From NCBI GenBank assembly GCA_951406725.2, contig OX597821.1:35402001-35466000 (forward strand): 64,000 nt of DNA, written 5' to 3'. The notes under the pieces are model-generated. The model did no database searches. It was given only the letters and a program-made list of their open reading frames with translations, and was not told the origin of the DNA. Positions 27,784 through 42,044 of the stretch are shown here, in pieces. Source of the DNA: Octopus vulgaris. Lineage: Eukaryota. Position numbers and translations under genes: made by a program. The first letter of the stretch is position 1. Every line of letters starts with the position of its first letter.

Positions 27784-28074
27784 CACACACATATATATAG
27801 TAAATGAAAGACGGAAGACGTAATATACGAGCATTTTTACTTATCACGACAATAGTTTCGATACATCGAGCATCAACCCCTCTTGTCTGTGTGCGTGTGT
27901 GTGTGTGTGTCTGTCTGTCTGTGAGTGTGTGCGTTTGTGTGTGTGCATGTGCGAATGGTACGCACACACGTGCGTATATGTACATAATATACATACATAC
28001 ACATATAAACACACACACACACACACACATATATAAACTAGGCATACTGAAAGGTACCTGGCTTTGGGTAAAAG

Positions 28075-28235
28075 AATACAGGAGGATCAATTAATTAGGA
28101 TTTTATTCAACATATTCGCCTCTCAGATTCACACATTTATTGTAGCCATCCTTCAACGTTTCTAAGCCATGTAAAAGATCTCAGAAGGTTCGGCCTTCCG
28201 GCATTGCCTTTCGTGATACCTTTAAAGCCAGGAAA
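28075..28235 (-). mobile_element. Mariner-derived fragment (transposase C-terminus)
   Basis: Minus GLETLKDGYNKCVNLRGEYVE* resembles the mariner C-terminal ..KC...GDYVE motif. Confidence 0.65.
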
Positions 28236-28624
28236 TATTTTTTGCCTGCGAAGCCAAAGAAGGCAGCATGCAGTAATAAGTTATGCGAATCGGAGTTTAT
28301 TCTATTTCAACGAGATATCTCTTTGAATCACCTAAGGTGACACATGTACTCCGAGAGATGTATTAAACCAGCTGTGCAGTATCGCACCTGCGCAGAATCG
28401 ATACTAAATTGGTCAAAACAATTGTAGTGATCAATAAAAATTCTCGTACACTCCATCTTCCGTCTCTATCATTGATTACTCACCCAACGAACACTGAGCT
28501 AGTGCACGTGCTTTACCGGCAAACTGCCAAGTATATACCATGCGATTTATTAACTACCAACTCCATCTATCTATCTGTATCTATCTGTATCTATTTATCT
28601 GTATCTATCTATCTATCTACTTGC

Positions 28625-28950
28625 AAACAAATGTGGTAACATGTAACAATAGTGACCGAGGTTACCGTGGTCTTTTCCTCCCACGGATAAACCTTATCTG
28701 CTTCCCGCTTTACACCGTACATCATGACACTGTGATACATGATCCCTATTCATTCTTTTTTTTTCTCAATTTCCCCTTTTTTCTTCTTTTATCTTTTGTT
28801 TCGTTTCCTTTTTTTCTTTATTTTCTTCTTTCCCTTTTACGATCCCTTTTGATCGAAAACCTACTCCACTTTTTTTTTCCAAAAAAAGAAAAGCTCTACT
28901 TTGTAATCTGTCCCGTCTGTGTGCAGACCTGTGTGGCTAATAAAGAAACA
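28625..28950 (+). mobile_element. Probable retroposon 3'UTR fragment within (TCTA)n
   Basis: T-rich tract ending AATAAAGAAACATA, flanked by TCTA repeats on both sides; family not identified. Confidence 0.45.
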
Positions 28951-29023
<73 letters not shown>

Positions 29024-29045
29024 GCCTATCTATCTATTTATCTGC

Positions 29046-29111
<66 letters not shown>

Positions 29112-29165
29112 GTCTGTCTGTCTGTCTGCCTGCCTGCCTGTCTGTCTGTCTGTCTGTCTGTCTAT
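28951..29165. repeat. (TCTA)n/(TCTG)n microsatellite
   Basis: Directly visible. Confidence 0.95.
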
Positions 29166-29189
29166 ATAAATACACACACGCACGTACCA

Positions 29190-29640
29190 CACTGCTAAAA
29201 GACAGAGGGCCCAGAAGTATCTACTTCTGACAGGAGCAGCACCTCAATATCTAGTGACAACACAGCCTGAGACCGATTCTGAACATCAAGTGGTTTACGG
29301 AGGTTTTTGGCTCGCACGTGGACTCGGAGCGTACTCATCCTACTGAAATGACGTGGCCTTCTTTGGTTGGGCCATGTGTACCGCATGCCAGATGGGAGGA
29401 TCTCCAAAGAACTATCGTGAAGAGAAGTAGCCTCTGGCAAGGAACCACAAGAGTGGTCCCATGATCGCTTGATAAAAGGTTTTAAATAGCGACATGGCGT
29501 CTTTTTAATTGAACGGTGAAAAGTAGGAGTACAATGCTTTCTCTCGATGGTGATTGGAACTAATGAAGGTTTCATAAAGGCCCGAGAAGAGGCCGAGCAT
29601 ATTTGATGAAGAAAAAAAGCAAATTCGATATAGAACTTGA
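29190..29640 (+). mobile_element. Decayed RTE/BovB-like LINE, C-terminal region
   Basis: EVLARTW..ILLK*RGLLWLGHVYRMPDGRISKEL..EVASGK matches the RTE LRWLGHV.RM.D.R.PK..LYGEL..G motif. Confidence 0.8.
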
Positions 29641-31192
29641 AAAGGTACCAGATTTGAGTGCAGCGAATTCACGTATAGTTAACGTAGCTGGAACTGCCAC
29701 TCACATGTCAGCCAACAGGACTAAAATAAGTATTTCTGAGCGAAGATATATAGTCTCATAGAAATTACAGATACCTTACCTGTACCCGAACCTTGCTGTC
29801 TCCTATTAAAAAAATTAAAGCCATTTTCATTATATATGTATAAATATATGTATTTACATATTTCTTTTTGCGTGCATGTGTAAGAGAGTTTGTGAGCTTA
29901 GAACACATCGAAAGTAAGCTATATCTAAGTTGCAATGGCTAACATTTGTGAGTGAATGTCATCGGAGAAATGTATTCAAACATCGTATTTCGTGCAGTTA
30001 CGAAATTTATCTACAACAACATGCATGATATTTACAGCTTAATAGGCATTCCTACTAGAATGTTAAATCTTTCATTACGCTTCGATTCTAGACACAGTGA
30101 GGTTTTTGCTTTATGTTTAGAAACCATCAATCAGATTGTGTGTGAAGCAAATATCCATTTCGAAAATAGATTAACGTTTCCTTTATTTACAAGCAAAAGC
30201 GACAACAGAACACGAGATCTTCTTCTTTACTTTATGCATTTCGATATCTTACTTTCCTGAAATTAATTTATGCTGCATGCGATTTTATCTGTTATTATCA
30301 CTCTGTTGATACAGATTGTTAACAATTTCTAATTTCTCTTTATTTTCTCTGTATCTCTTTGAAACAATTACACTACAGTTCTTCAATCATCATTTTGTAC
30401 CGTTGCATCATGTTTGGAGTAGATGTTGGCGAACAGAGTTGTTGAATTTGACAGAGTTTCGATGAGCTACAGTTTTCAAGAAAATTTTCCTCGAATTTAA
30501 CCAGAATGTATATTAAATATCCGGATAATTTTTAGTGATTAACTATCAAATTCCTTTTCTCTGTTTGATTCTTAGTTATTTGGATTCCAAGACCATTTTT
30601 TTTTCACACCAATATATAATTTGATACTTTTCAATTTCCAAAAGATGTTCTGCAAGGCGGGGAATTATGGGTAATAAAACATTTCATTAATTTCTTGTCA
30701 TTAACTGCATTGTAAGTGAATGTATCGGGGAAAATCACTCTACAAGATCAGATACTTTAGAGAATATTTTTATGTTGACCTCACAGATTTAATCGAGTTT
30801 TGTAAATTTATCATCATATGCCATTTTCCATGATCCTCCATCATTTTACCTAAATGTTTTTTTTAAAATATATTTTTGATCTTTGTGATGTCTAAAGATA
30901 GGTACTCATGGGTATGATTCATTTTGCAAATATAATTCTGAAAATTTAATGAGGAAAGTTTATCTTATTTTGTTATAGTTATTTCCCACCTGAATTTGTC
31001 TTTTGTATGCTCGAAGAGAAAGGAGAAAATTTAGAAACGTTGCTGACGATGAGTTCAGCATCTTTAATGTTCTAAACAAACTGCAAGATACCTGTTGGTA
31101 AAATTACATACATAAGTCTTAAATACATACATAAATAGACAAACACACACACCTGCACAAACACGCACACATATATACACACATATACGTGC

Positions 31193-31248
<56 letters not shown>

Positions 31249-31255
31249 ATGCACG

Positions 31256-31322
<67 letters not shown>

Positions 31323-31769
31323 CGACAATGAATGTTCATATAACTAAAGAAAGTAAGTACCAAAGTCGCTACATATTACATACTATAATCACCTTAAACA
31401 GGTGAAAACCAGTCACGGATGAGTGCAGGCAGAAATGCAAAGCAGTAATATTATGAGGCACAACATAGATTAAATATGCATGAACTATACAAAAATGACG
31501 TTACGTGAATAATTAAGAGTATCATAAAACAGAACGCTCAATGCAACCATTCTTACGCCATATAGTAACTTTAACATTTTACTATAAACGTACTAAAATA
31601 ATAAATCTTTACACTGAAAAAACAGAAACAGCTAAACCAGAGAGTACGTTTGTGTGTATAATTATTAAAACCAGAAGTACGGCAGAAGTACTAAAACCAG
31701 AAGTTAATATTTATTCTCACTTAAATATCTCTCTCTCTCTCTTTCTCTCTCTCTATAGAGTATATATAC

Positions 31770-31827
<58 letters not shown>

Positions 31828-31829
<2 letters not shown>

Positions 31830-32015
31830 AAAGTTTACGAAAAAAACAAAAGACAGGTGGTGTACAAAACAAACAGATGTATTAGTATAACGCTCAGGAA
31901 TAGAAAAAAGTCTTGTACTTTTCGAGCTTACGTTCTTCTACAGAAGGGTACACAGAAAAAAAAAAACAAGGAGAGAAACAAGGAGAGAAAGAAATGTATG
32001 TAGTGGCTAACGATC
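31828..32015 (-). mobile_element. Penelope-like pLTR fragment with decayed hammerhead-like motif
   Basis: Minus CTT-CTGTAGA-A-GAAC gtaa GCTC-GAAAA-GTA, followed by TTCCTGAGCGT as in 6105-6340. Confidence 0.5.
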
Positions 32016-33565
32016 TATATATATACATACTTTCCTTTTCATATGCACTCTCATAGACGTAAGTTTATTTGCACAAGTATGCATAAACGAAAAAACCCAC
32101 ACGGCATACGTACAGTTCATGTTGTGTTAGAGCTGTATACTCTACTAAGCATACAAATCTCACCATATGCCGTCTATGGACATATGCACCGTACTCGCAC
32201 TATTATTCAATACAGATTCTTCGATTATGGCAGCTGACGAACCACACCAATCGTACGTACACTCAGTAATAACCACCTTTACCGTTACCCATGTAACATT
32301 TTAAGCGTTTCCCAAGAATAATAATTTCTTGTCTTCCCTTCTCAGCTTCTGCAAATATTGCGTCCTTCCTTCTTCCTCATTTGCTGTTACTTCAGGCGAT
32401 AGAAAGATCCGAAACTTTAGTGTCAATATTATCCCTCATTCATCGTATTTTAATACCACGATTTTACAGTTTTCAATACATGTGGCTTTGCCTGTTATAT
32501 CTATATATGCGCGAGTGTATGTGTATTCATTCACACATGCACACGCAACAAGCATACAAACATATATTAATATTCTTTATTAATTCAACGAAACAAACAA
32601 TTGCTAGTCTGACATATTAAAATAAAACTGCAAGTCATGAAGTCACGTTTCTCAACAAAATATTTACTGATGGTTTTGCTGTTTCATGCTGAATGACAAT
32701 CTTCTATTTGAACTAGTTTATATTATGAAATATTAAAATAGTTTTGAGAGGAACTTCCGGTTTTTCGTTCGTTATTTTTGCTAAATGCAAATAAAGAACA
32801 GAAACACGTAAGTATACAGAGCAATATACTCAAACATACATAATGGAATTTAAATATTTATCAATCTGTCTTATTTATTTGGTCTCCACAACAAATGTAA
32901 AGAAGCTTAAATCGGTAATGCATTGACTAGTGCGTAGGTTTTGGCATGCTGCATCTAAAATTAACACTAAGATGTATACACATATGTCATCACATAAATA
33001 GGCTGAAAGACACAGTTGTATTCACAGCTGCACACAAGGACACACACACAAAACTATGTCTGGAGAAAATATTTCAAATGTTGAAAGACATCTTGTCTTT
33101 TGTAGAATTCAACCTATCTGACAATTCCGATCGGCATTAAATTCATAATGCAGCGAACTGGAACAGATTTAGTTGCCATTAATGGCAGCTAGTGACTATG
33201 CGTGTTATACTGATATTCTTGTTGTTATTGTCGACGAGCGGACATTTAATTGATGGGAAAACTCATCCATACATCAACATAGATTGATAATTTCTGGAGA
33301 GGAAGGTCAAAGCTTTTATAATACAACGGCTAGTTTTTGTAGTTTTTTTAGAAACAGTATACAATATAATATGTAAAACAATGTATCACAGCGTAATTGT
33401 GCTAGTATTGTTTTCGCTATATTACTTGAGTGACTGAAAAAAACTCGACAAAGGTAACAATGCAATGGTTTAATAATATCGCAAATTCCAACTCTTTGTT
33501 TAGTTTTACTGTTAAGATTAAATACAGTAAATTTACTAATGGACACACTATATTTTCAGTTGTAA

Positions 33566-33876
33566 TCTATACATATAAAGCTGAAGTTGTCTGTGTGTGT
33601 GTGGGGCAGGTTTGGTAGCCCTCAACTAACACTATTGAAAATTTGATAGAAGAAGGCTTGCTCTTCGTTCCGGAGAAGAAAACAATCAAATCAGAACATG
33701 TTAAGACCAAACATTATTTATATATAAAAAATCTGCTTTTTTCTATGAAAATCCCTATTTTTTTTACAATTTTTTGACTGCTGTGTCGCCATTTTTCGGT
33801 GTATTTCAACCAGAAAAATGTTCACTTAAAGAGAATAACAAGCCCCATAATACAACATTTTTACTTTTCAAAAAAG
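33566..33876 (+). mobile_element. Non-autonomous Helitron-like 5' portion
   Basis: Begins A|TCTATACATATAAAGCTGAAGTTGTCTGTGTG, similar to the 5' end of the Helitron at 53112; no clear 3' CTAG end seen. Confidence 0.55.
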
Positions 33877-34169
33877 ATTGAAACTATGTCAAAACTTTGT
33901 TAACGCGACATCAAAGTCTGCCGTTTTAAGCGCAACTAAAAAACAAACCCAAGCAATACTGTTAGTATACGATATATTTTCAATAACAAAACCCTACATC
34001 TTCGTTGGTTTCAAGATAGAATTGGATGCAAGCATCCCTGAATTAATACGGTTATATGGGCAGATTAAAAAATCTATTGCTGATAAAATATTCTTCTGCC
34101 CAGTGTGAACGGTTGCAGTTCACTGCTTATTTACCCAGTTTTTGCTGCCTGTCTAAAACTTGTCTAACT

Positions 34170-34480
34170 AGAGATCTACATTAAATATTGCAACAGTTAA
34201 ATGCAATTGCAAAGAAATAAGACCAGGGTCTATAATAAGAATTTAAAGGGACTTGGAAATGCGAATAGTTCCTGCTATAATAGGATCACTTGAATATGTG
34301 TCTGAAAGTTTATCACTAAATGCTTTACTTTGATCAATTTAGCAATTAAATTCATGACATTACAGGAAGTTTCCTTAGTACAGCTAGTATACTATGAGAT
34401 GCCTTGCATATAAGACAGTGGTTTGATGTTCGGCGAACGAAGATGTCAAAATAACTACCACGAATTCAGTGAGGATCCAG
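34170..34480 (+). mobile_element. Highly decayed R4/Dong-like C-terminal fragment
   Basis: MRIVPAIIGSLEYVSESL resembles the .PVIVGALG motif. Confidence 0.35.
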
Positions 34481-35485
34481 GACAAAAATATTAGTTTCTA
34501 AATAGGAACCAAAGCTGCGAAGAGAGAGAAAAAGCAATAAACAGAAATTTCTAAATAGGCACCACAACCAAGACGATGGTGAGGAGAGAGTAAAATAATT
34601 TTCAAATAGGCAAAATGTGACATATTTTATGAAAATCGCTGCAATCAGTTATAATCGGATGTAGTAGGTGTGACAAGGTACATCATTAGAAATTAAAAAT
34701 TTGAACGTAAAATTTCTTTACTAAATAAAGTACCTTTAGATTCTGCATGATAACACTACTCTCTTTCTTTTCCTCTTTTGCCTCAATACGGATTTTTAAA
34801 CACGTCACGAGATTGTAAGAATTCCAATCAATCGAATTCATACTAGAGCCAGTCTGTCAGATATCTTAATAGAACTAATGATATATAAAAAAAGAAGTAA
34901 AACACAGGCATGACTTGAACTCACTAGCCGTTGGTATGATGGATGAGATTAGTAGACAATATTGTATTGTTATCATACCAAATAAATCTAATTCCACACG
35001 AAAATAAATTTCATCTATTCAATATACTGTTTATTTAGCCGTCAACAAAGATATACATCATTTAGGCATGTATATATTTATGTTTATGCTTGATTAAATA
35101 CAATGCTTGTTATAGAATTTATATATAAATATTATACGGAACGTTAACATTATAAACCTAAATTGATTGATTCTCAAAAACTTTCATCTATGTTTGTTCA
35201 AATGGCAAGCATTCTTCTGGCTCCCTTTTCATATCTTTTGTTCAATTTATTCTCTTCATTTCGCTCTTTCCCAGTATTTCTATGGGCCACTACGTCTATA
35301 TTCCATGCAGTGTTCATCTACAGTGTATATTTGTATACACAATTTTGATGTCTAGCACTTTCTCGTCTCATATATTCCTTCTCTTTTTTGTTACTCAACA
35401 CCTCCGAACATAACGACGTAATCACGCATGGATATGTAGGCACACATACAAGGTATATGTAAAACGGATATGTGTATGCATGCAA

Positions 35486-35526
<41 letters not shown>

Positions 35527-35627
35527 AGTATGTTTCTATGCATGTGTTTTGCGCCTCTGCATAGAAACTGCTAGACATCTTTCAGTAAACACCAATTCAT
35601 ATTCCCTCATACACATACACATTCTCC

Positions 35628-35631
35628 ATCC

Positions 35632-35701
<70 letters not shown>

Positions 35702-35715
35702 TTATCAATCAATCA

Positions 35716-35792
<77 letters not shown>

Positions 35793-35858
35793 ATTGTCTC
35801 TCTGCCTGTCTCACCATCTGTCCGCTCGTCTGTTTGTCTGTCTGTCTGTCTATCTATA

Positions 35859-35956
<98 letters not shown>

Positions 35957-35998
35957 ATTGTCTCTCTGCCTGTCTCACCATCTGTCCGCTCGTCTGTT

Positions 35999-36032
<34 letters not shown>

Positions 36033-36143
36033 TCTAATCTATTTAATCTATCTATCTATCAATCTATCTATCTTATCTATCGAACTTATCTATCTTATCT
36101 ATCTATCTATCTATCTATCTATCTTAAATATCTATCTATCTTA

Positions 36144-36196
<53 letters not shown>

Positions 36197-36267
36197 TTAT
36201 CTATCTATCTATCTAATTGTCTCTCTGCCTGTCTCACCATCTGTCCGCTCGTCTGTTTGTCTGTCTG

Positions 36268-36331
<64 letters not shown>

Positions 36332-36458
36332 ATCTATTTAATCTATCTATCTATCAATCTATCTATCTTATCTATCGAACTTATCTATCTATCTTATCTA
36401 TCTATCTATCTATCTATCTCTATCTCTATCTATCTATCTTAAATATCTATCTATCTTA

Positions 36459-36512
<54 letters not shown>

Positions 36513-36540
36513 ACTTATCTATCTATCTTATCTATCTATC

Positions 36541-36584
<44 letters not shown>

Positions 36585-36640
36585 ATATCTATCTATCTAT
36601 CTATCTATCTATTTATACTATCTATCTAGCTAGCTAGCTA
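35628..36640. repeat. ~1-kb (TCTA)n array with higher-order duplicated cassettes
   Basis: Cassette AATTGTCTCTCTGCCTGTCTCACCATCTGTCCGCTCGTCTGTTTG at 35792, 35956, 36215; a second cassette at ~36036 and ~36331. Confidence 0.95.
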
Positions 36641-37869
36641 GTTATAAAGTTATGTTATCTACCTAGCCTATCTAACTCTGCTCTCTTTCTCTCACTCTTT
36701 CTCTTTGTACACAGATTCACATAGACATACATGCATACATTACATATGCACATACACACATAGAGGGAGAGAGAGAGAGACAAATACCATACACGCTGCC
36801 CATGACATAAAGAATGATGGCGCTTTCATTGTACTCTTATATAAATTGGATTGATATTTAAGCAAATATGAATAACCTCGACGTTACTGCGAGTTTTGCT
36901 TATGCAATGTTCTCTTTCATTATCTGAATTACTTCAAACGAAAAATAAGATACGATCGATTTTTTAAAAAAATATATTTCTTCAGAAATGTAGATTTTTA
37001 TTCATGAAGAAAATCTTTTCTTTTGATACCAAATTTGACGCCGTGCTATATTTTGTGTCTGAAGTGATACCACGGACACCGAACACACACACACATACAT
37101 ACACACACACACTCTCTCTGTCACACACACATACACACACAAACACACACATACACAGACACGCACATATATATACACACATATTCACATAACAGATTAT
37201 ATACATATATGTTTGTGTGTGTGTGTATGTTTATGTGTGTGTGAGTGTGTGTGTGTGTGTAAGATTTTAATTCCAAGTAAATCGTGTATGGCGTTACAGT
37301 ATATTTACATCATTCTTTTATTTAGAAACTCTTTGGATACTATTTGAGAACAATCTCCTTTGTAGCAAAAACTACATTTTCTCGCTACAATATATATACC
37401 TGGCCAGGTAAAATGCTACAGTTTAAAGTGCTGAAACCTCACAAATATTGCACGGTTCAGTTTATTGAGAGGATATGTAAAGTATATAAAATGTCTGTGT
37501 TTTGTTTAAATATATTCTAGGTTAACTTCGTAGTCACCCGAATCTATTCTCTCTCGCCACAAACCAACATACCTGGTGAAATTCTGTTTGGAATATGAAA
37601 CTATTTTTTTGTTTGTTTTGAAGCCTATGTAATGTGTTGTCTGGAAAGTTCGTGCCGATTTATAGTAGCTTACCTTTCGACTTACCTTCACAGGAACCTC
37701 AATTCTGGGAAGAGGGCATTTTCGAGTTAAAGGAAAGATGGAGATGCATTGTGCGACAAAATGATTCCTATTAGGCTGATTAAAAATGTAATGGCAAGTA
37801 TTTATTGACCTTTTTCTTTGCGTTAAAAATCGGCACGAACTTTCCGGACAAACGAATATATAAGGCTTC

Positions 37870-38218
37870 CATGCGTTGAACCTCGGGCAAGCGTTTCTTT
37901 TCTATAGCCTCGGGTCGACCAAAGATTTGTGAGTGGATTTACTATACACACACATACACACACACGCACACACACACACACACACATATATATGTGTATG
38001 TGTGTGTTTTTGTGTATGTGTCTTTGTGTCAATATTTATCGCACACCACTGCTTGACGACTGGTGTGGGTTTACCGTTATCTAGCGTTGTGGCAAAAATA
38101 AATTAATACAATATGTACTAAGCTTAAAACAAGAACTGGGGTTGATTCGTTCGACTAAATATTTATCAAGACATGCCCCAGAATGGTCCCAGTCTAATGG
38201 CTGAAACCACTAAAAGAT
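37870..38218 (+). mobile_element. Old family A-related SINE
   Basis: CCTCGGGCAAG..TATAGCCTCGGGTCGACCAAAG..TTGTGAGTGGATTT plus recognisable 3' half. Confidence 0.75.
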
Positions 38219-38853
38219 AGAATTATTTGTATTTGCTGTCGAGCAGTTTTTCTACAGATGGTATTATTAATGTGACTCAGTTGTTTTAGAAACAATATGA
38301 TGCTGTATTGAATGTAATATGTTAATGACATTTTCAGACAGTTGCCGATATTACTTCTAACACATATGTTACATAATCGATATTTTCTTCTCTTAATGTT
38401 GGTGGTTTAAGCGCTTCCATCGTCTCTTATATTCAACAGGTATTAGATTTCATAATTATAACCATTGTTTCGAGTTAGCTATAGATCCTTAAAATGCTGT
38501 TTGCTTCACTTTTGACAGCTTTGTTGATGTATAAGTTATTGCGGTGATTGGTCAGTAGATACTACTAGGATTATAAAAAAAAAACGACACTGAAAAGCTA
38601 TGTGATTCTAAGCCTCTAATCTCCCATTTTCATATGACACGAAAAGTATGAATATCATGTTTTGTAAACAGTATCCCATTTGATGTCAGAATTGTGTTCG
38701 TCAGAATATCTGTGCTGAATTTTCTCTGTGGACCCGTCAACTATCTGAAATGTATTTGTAATTGTACTGAAAATGTATTTGAGATTTATGTTGTTCGAAG
38801 TATGCTTAGAGGAACATATTGTTTTAAAAATGCATGGCAGTTTGAGATTATTG

Positions 38854-38954
<101 letters not shown>

Positions 38955-39217
38955 GGTGAGATAGTTGGTGTGTGGAAGAACGTGGTTGGATGTATAAAAA
39001 ATAGAAAAGAGTGAAAAAACTACAGAAGGCATTTGTTATAAGGTTAAAGAATATATTTAAGTCGTTATGTTAGTAAAATGTTATAAAATTTTGTGTATAA
39101 TAACATAGTTTTTGGAGAAATTACGGGTTTCGTATTTTCTTTTCAAATTTCTCAAATTTCTTTACCTACATCCTGTCGTGTCTTCGCTACGAAGTGTTTG
39201 ACAATACGTTTTACCGT

Positions 39218-39785
39218 CAAATATCCGGAATTGCTATGAATACAAGGGCAGCACCAGTCATTGCGAACCTAACAATGGACCACCTGGAGGTAATAATATA
39301 CCAGGAATCTGTATAGACCTTTGGAAACCTCCTTTCCCAATACATAAAAGAGAATTGGAAAAGATTCCTAGACGACTGTTTTATACTGTGGAATGAAAAC
39401 ACAGATAAACTCCTAAAATTCAAAAACCTATTGAACAGTGTCAACCCAAACATACAGTTCACAATGGAGTACAACCAAAAGGAGCTTCCATTCTTAGATA
39501 TACTAATTAAAAGAATTAACCCCAAAATAGAAACAGACATAGTTTACAAAACCACAGACGCCAAACAATACCTACATTTTGGTTAATGTCACCCATGACA
39601 CACTAAAACAAACATCCCCATAAACCTTGCAAGAAGGATAAGCACAATAATGTCAGAACAAAATACCAGAAACTTTAGACTACAAGAACTCAAAAACACC
39701 CTAATTGACAGACACTACACAGTTCAACTCATAGAGGATGGAATCATACGTGCAACAAAAATCGACATAGAAACTCTAAGAAAAG
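39218..39785 (+). mobile_element. Penelope-like element reverse transcriptase remnant
   Basis: GIAMNTRAAPVIANLTM...WKRFLDDCFILW...NSVNPNIQFTMEYNQKELPFLDILI...TDIVYKTTDAKQYLHFG*CHP*HTKTNIP: PLE RT motifs G.AMG..AP, RY/FxDD, IQFTME, LPFLD, S.HP, with in-frame stops. Confidence 0.9.
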
Positions 39786-40374
39786 TTCAACATATTTTAC
39801 ATGTAGTCTAACTTCTACATTTCAAAGAGGTGTATTTGAACCTCAATGAATTTTCCTTTATATAACTCTTACAAGTGGGAACTCAAATGTGAGTGTTGAC
39901 TTGCCTCCACGAAAACTCGATTCTACTCAGCTACACTTTAAAAAAAAGAACACTTATATTGTTTGTATTCTGAGAAAAGTAATGCTAAGCACTTGCTAAA
40001 ATATTACTTCAACACACATATGAAATTTGATGAACCTGAGAAAACTCAGGATTGGATTTCTGTTAAATTCGACAAAACCATACTAGGAGAAGGATTTTAG
40101 TCTCTGAGGCTCTCGTTACATGGAAAATGTCCCTGCTGTTGTTATCATTGCAACTGCTTTTGCTGTTGCTTATCCCAAGTCAACAAGATCAAGCAATCCT
40201 ATTGACAAAATTATTCCAGACGCTGCCCCTTATTGGAGAACTCTGGACTGTTCAGTCGTATACTTAAGTTGTATAAAACGCAGTACCTAGGTTTTGTTAT
40301 ATTGACCACGTTTAGCTCTGAAACAACAAAAGTTACATGTATACAGTAAATATATTAGATAGACGCTCAGTGTA

Positions 40375-41730
40375 AGATGTAGATTGAAATATAGTATAGG
40401 AGTGGAAATGACGTAATGAACATGGCTTTTAGTGCGAAGGAGGTAACGTCCAAAGAGGTGGAAAAGGACGACGGAGTAAAAGGCCGGGAGAAAAGCTCAT
40501 TGTCATTAAACAGCCTTAAAATAACTGACCAGAAGCTAGAGAGAGATAGAGAATGTGTAATTTTGCGGTCATTCAGTCTGTGAGTATGAGTGCGTGTAGG
40601 TGAGTGTGCGTGTGTGTGAGAGTGTATGTGCAAGAGAGACTGTGTGTCTATATATGTTTTTACGTGTGTGTATGAGGGGAGGCGGGTGGTGATTAGGGTG
40701 TTTGTATCTTAAGGAATTCTGTGTGGGATGGTAGTATATGTGTGCTGTGTTTCTGTTTTTGTGTGTTTAAGTGAAGTAAGTGGGGTCGAGAGATTAGGCG
40801 ATTTGTGTCTGTGAGTGCGTGTGAATAGGTGTGTGCGTGAATGCAAGTGATCGCGTGTCTCTGTGTATGAGTGTGTATGTGTGTGGGTGTGTCGATGCGT
40901 GTACATTAGCCAGTTATGTATCCTATTTGTAGGGATGTCAGTTATGTATGTCGGTATGTGGAAGTGTGAGGAAGCTAAACAGAGAAAGGAAAGGAGAATT
41001 TGATAGAAAATAAAGTTGGAAGCCGTTATAAGAAAGAGGACGGTGTTAAGTCCAAATGGTGTATGAATTCGTATTGCGAAAATGTATCGTTGACATGACG
41101 AAGTTTGGTGATGGTGATGGTTTCATGGTGTAATGCAAGGTCGAAGGCAGTGATGTGTTCGGGGCAGTATTTGGTCGAGCAGAACAGTGGGCGATGATGG
41201 TATTTTTTTCAGAGGAAGTTGTCTCGGAAACATATAAATCTGTTGGTTTGAAGAAATACAAAAGAGGTCGCAGTTTTTAATAGTGTGCTGGTTGTTTCCA
41301 GTGATGGCGCAGTTGTTGGTGACGAACGGACGGGTGTAGCACCGTGATCTGGAGCAAGGAAAAGATGGTATATTTCAGGTGCGGTTGAAGGAGAGAAATG
41401 TGGTTCAAGAAAGCAGTGTGGTCGGTTAGAAGTCGAAAGGCCTGTGGGATTTTCTTATGAAGATGTGTGACAGAAAAGGAGGGGAAAGTTATGCAGTTGA
41501 GAGTCGGGTGTGAGGAAAGAGGGCCGAGTTGCGATCCACTTGGCGGAACTAGTGGACAGACAGGCCAGGTGTTGATATTGAGCTTCAAGATCATAGTCAC
41601 AGATGCTCAGATGTCGGAGACAGAGGAAGTCGCAATAAGTGATGGCTCGTTTGGTGTGGAATGGGTGCTAGGCAGAAAAATCGAGGCAGAGGTAGAAGCT
41701 AGTAAATTTGAAGGTGGAAGCGGTTAGAGG
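40375..41730 (-). mobile_element. Decayed Penelope-like N-terminal (pre-RT) region with an internal GT-rich tract
   Basis: Minus ILRLFNDNELFSRPFTPSSFSTSLDV resembles the PLE RLR..F...PS.WTPP region; the rest is S/T/H/P-rich and poorly conserved. Confidence 0.45.
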
Positions 41731-42044
41731 AGATCAATAGAGAAAGAGAGAGAGAGAGAGGTGGGGAAGAGAAGAGAGAGAAATAGATGTTATAGTTTCA
41801 AATACAATTTGTTTTACTTGCTTCAATTGTACGAATGAATGATATGAATGGGAAATGCAAAAAAAACAAAGCTAAAGAGAAGATTTTTTTCAAAACAGTT
41901 AATATTTCTCTAGTTCAAAAATTGCAATTTATGACATAAAATGTTCTCTACAATTTGCCTGAGCAAACAATGGCAAATTTAACTAAATATTGTTAAACTC
42001 ATGTCTGCAAATGCAATGTACATACATTTACATACATTTACTTT

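Noticed and set aside
35549-36513. YLSI-repeat ORFs, and a superficial repeat-spacer (CRISPR-like) look
   Set aside because: The spacers are TCTA microsatellite, the context is eukaryotic, and there are no cas genes.
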